DNA from: Antedon mediterranea
Taxonomy: Eukaryota; Animalia; Echinodermata
Assembly: GCF_964355755.1 (NCBI RefSeq)
Contig: NC_092673.1
Coordinates: 33,911,648-33,975,647, forward strand
Direction of reading: 5' to 3'
DNA: 64,000 bases
In this document: one piece after another, positions 62,441-64,000 of the stretch
Layout: every line of letters begins with the position of its first letter
Numbering within the stretch: position 1 is the stretch's first letter
The notes under the pieces: model-generated
The model's input: the letters and a program-made list of their open reading frames with translations, nothing else
Database searches by the model: none
What the model was told of the DNA's origin: nothing
Position numbers and translations under genes: made by a program

Positions 62441-63066
62441 AGCCCCATTCCCTACGTTTTTTAGATCTAATTTAAGATCACAAACTATATTTAATGTAAA
62501 AATAATACTATATGGTCCTATTGCGATAACTTTTTTCGTCTTTAAACGGTTAAAAATGTGAAAAATAAATCGATTTTAATAATTATAGCGGCCCGCTATA
62601 AATCCCAAAATGCATTGCGCGCGGATTGATATTGTTGTTTTTCACCTGTAATTCGCCCACTTTTCGATCGATCGTGAAGCCAAAACAAATGGAAGACTCC
62701 TAACTTTTCAGCGAAAATACCGGGTTTTCCCCAATTTGTATCAACGGAGTCTGGCAAAAATAGAAAGATAATTAATGCAGCAACTATACAACGTCAGGCT
62801 AGGTATATAGCTAGCGTACGATGTTCGTACGTTACCGATGTTTACCAGCTAGGCCTACAAAACTAAGCCTAGCTAGGCTAGGCCTGAGACCGTCCACGAG
62901 AGGTCGATCGCCGCGAGCTACTTAGGTAGTGCATTGTTTCTCACTTTTTATCATAATTTACCATAAAACGTACATTTAAGACAAGGAAAGACATGGTTTA
63001 ATGTTTTTAAAGTGATATATATGTATTATTTTCCAAAAAACGTCCAAAATTGCAGGGAAGGGGTCT
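62441..63066. mobile_element. Kolobok-like non-autonomous DNA transposon
   Basis: TTAA|agccccattccctac...gcagggaaggggtct|TTAA; AG...CT termini, TTAA TSD and a CpG-rich interior. Confidence 0.7.
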
Positions 63067-63537
63067 TTAATAATTTGTTTTTTTTGTAAGGACAAAAGGT
63101 ATGAAAACACTATAGTAAGATTGTTTGTCAAAATTTCAAAATACAATATTTTGATCGCTAAAACAACTAGACTTCTGCTGGAGAATTTCAGACATAAATC
63201 TCTTTGAGTAATTTGTGTATGCAGTTGTATGCCGACGTAATACTTGACGTCATTAGTCAGAAAAGAAACAATTATTGTAGACTTGCATCCGATGTTTACA
63301 CCTGAAATTGGCCAATTTAGAATGCCACATGATGTCATGCGACATGTTATGAATACATTACAAGTAATCAGCTATAATATTGCATATGTCTATTTATGAC
63401 ACAAACTATTATAATTTAAAACAACATTAAATACAGTATAAAGTTTCCTTTGGGACACCTCTATTCATGGGACACACTTATTAAGAGGACTCTTTCCTGT
63501 GAAACGAACAAGGGGAAGTGCATCAACAATACAGCAA

Positions 63538-63735
63538 ACACCTATTTAGGGGACACACCTATTTAGGGGACACCCCTATTTAGGGGACACACCTATTTAG
63601 GGGACACCCCTATTTAGGGGACACCCCTATTTAGGGGACACCCCTATTTAGGGGACACCCCTATTTAGGGGACACCCCTATTTAGGGGACACCCCTATTT
63701 AGGGGACACATCTATTTAGGGGACACACCTATTTG
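63538..63735. repeat. 17-bp minisatellite (cctatttaggggacac[a/c]), about 11 copies, inside a tattaaggggacac-family MITE
   Basis: Direct reading; followed by the MITE end ggtgttcccttaatagagg. Confidence 0.92.
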
Positions 63736-64000
63736 TGTCCCAAAGGTGTTCCCTTAATAGAGGTTAGGTTCTACTAAGCTTTAGAGTATAATCTTATTAA
63801 TACATTAATAAAGTGATGTTACATGTAAACTGTTATTTTGTAAATTCATATAAATTATAAAAACACTGGAAATATAAAATATGGATACAGTACTGTATAC
63901 ACAAATATAAAATGATCTTAATTAATCGTTTTTTGTGTCATCAGTAAACCCATAACAATTTGAGCGATTCTCTACCCTTTCTGTGTACAGGGATTACTTC

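Overview
This is AT-rich, intron-rich animal genomic DNA from an invertebrate. The repeat landscape is compatible with an echinoderm or another marine deuterostome/lophotrochozoan, but that assignment is inference only. Five protein-coding genes can be rebuilt by hand with GT-AG splice sites and consistent phases: (1) a RalGDS/RGL-family Ral GEF on the minus strand, running off the left edge; (2) carnitine O-acetyltransferase (CRAT, plus strand), divergent from RGL, with a mitochondrial-type leader exon and a C-terminal AKL PTS1; (3) a BTBD16-like gene (minus); (4) a TMEM45-like gene with an intronless CDS (minus); (5) RhoBTB (minus). Introns and intergenic DNA hold many non-autonomous transposons (PIF/Harbinger-, hAT-, Kolobok- and Helentron/DINE-like), LINE 3' fragments, SINE remnants and minisatellites. 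The most notable observations are tiny CATG...CATG inserts with exact 7-bp target duplications (P/Galileo-like micro-elements or excision scars), tandem arrays that visibly grew out of MITE ends or internal repeats, a splice-donor switch that could toggle CRAT between mitochondria and peroxisomes, and alternative first, micro and cassette exons of RGL. No rRNA, intact tRNA, CRISPR array or autonomous transposon was found, and I cannot support a claim of a wholly new biological system. All coordinates were read by eye.
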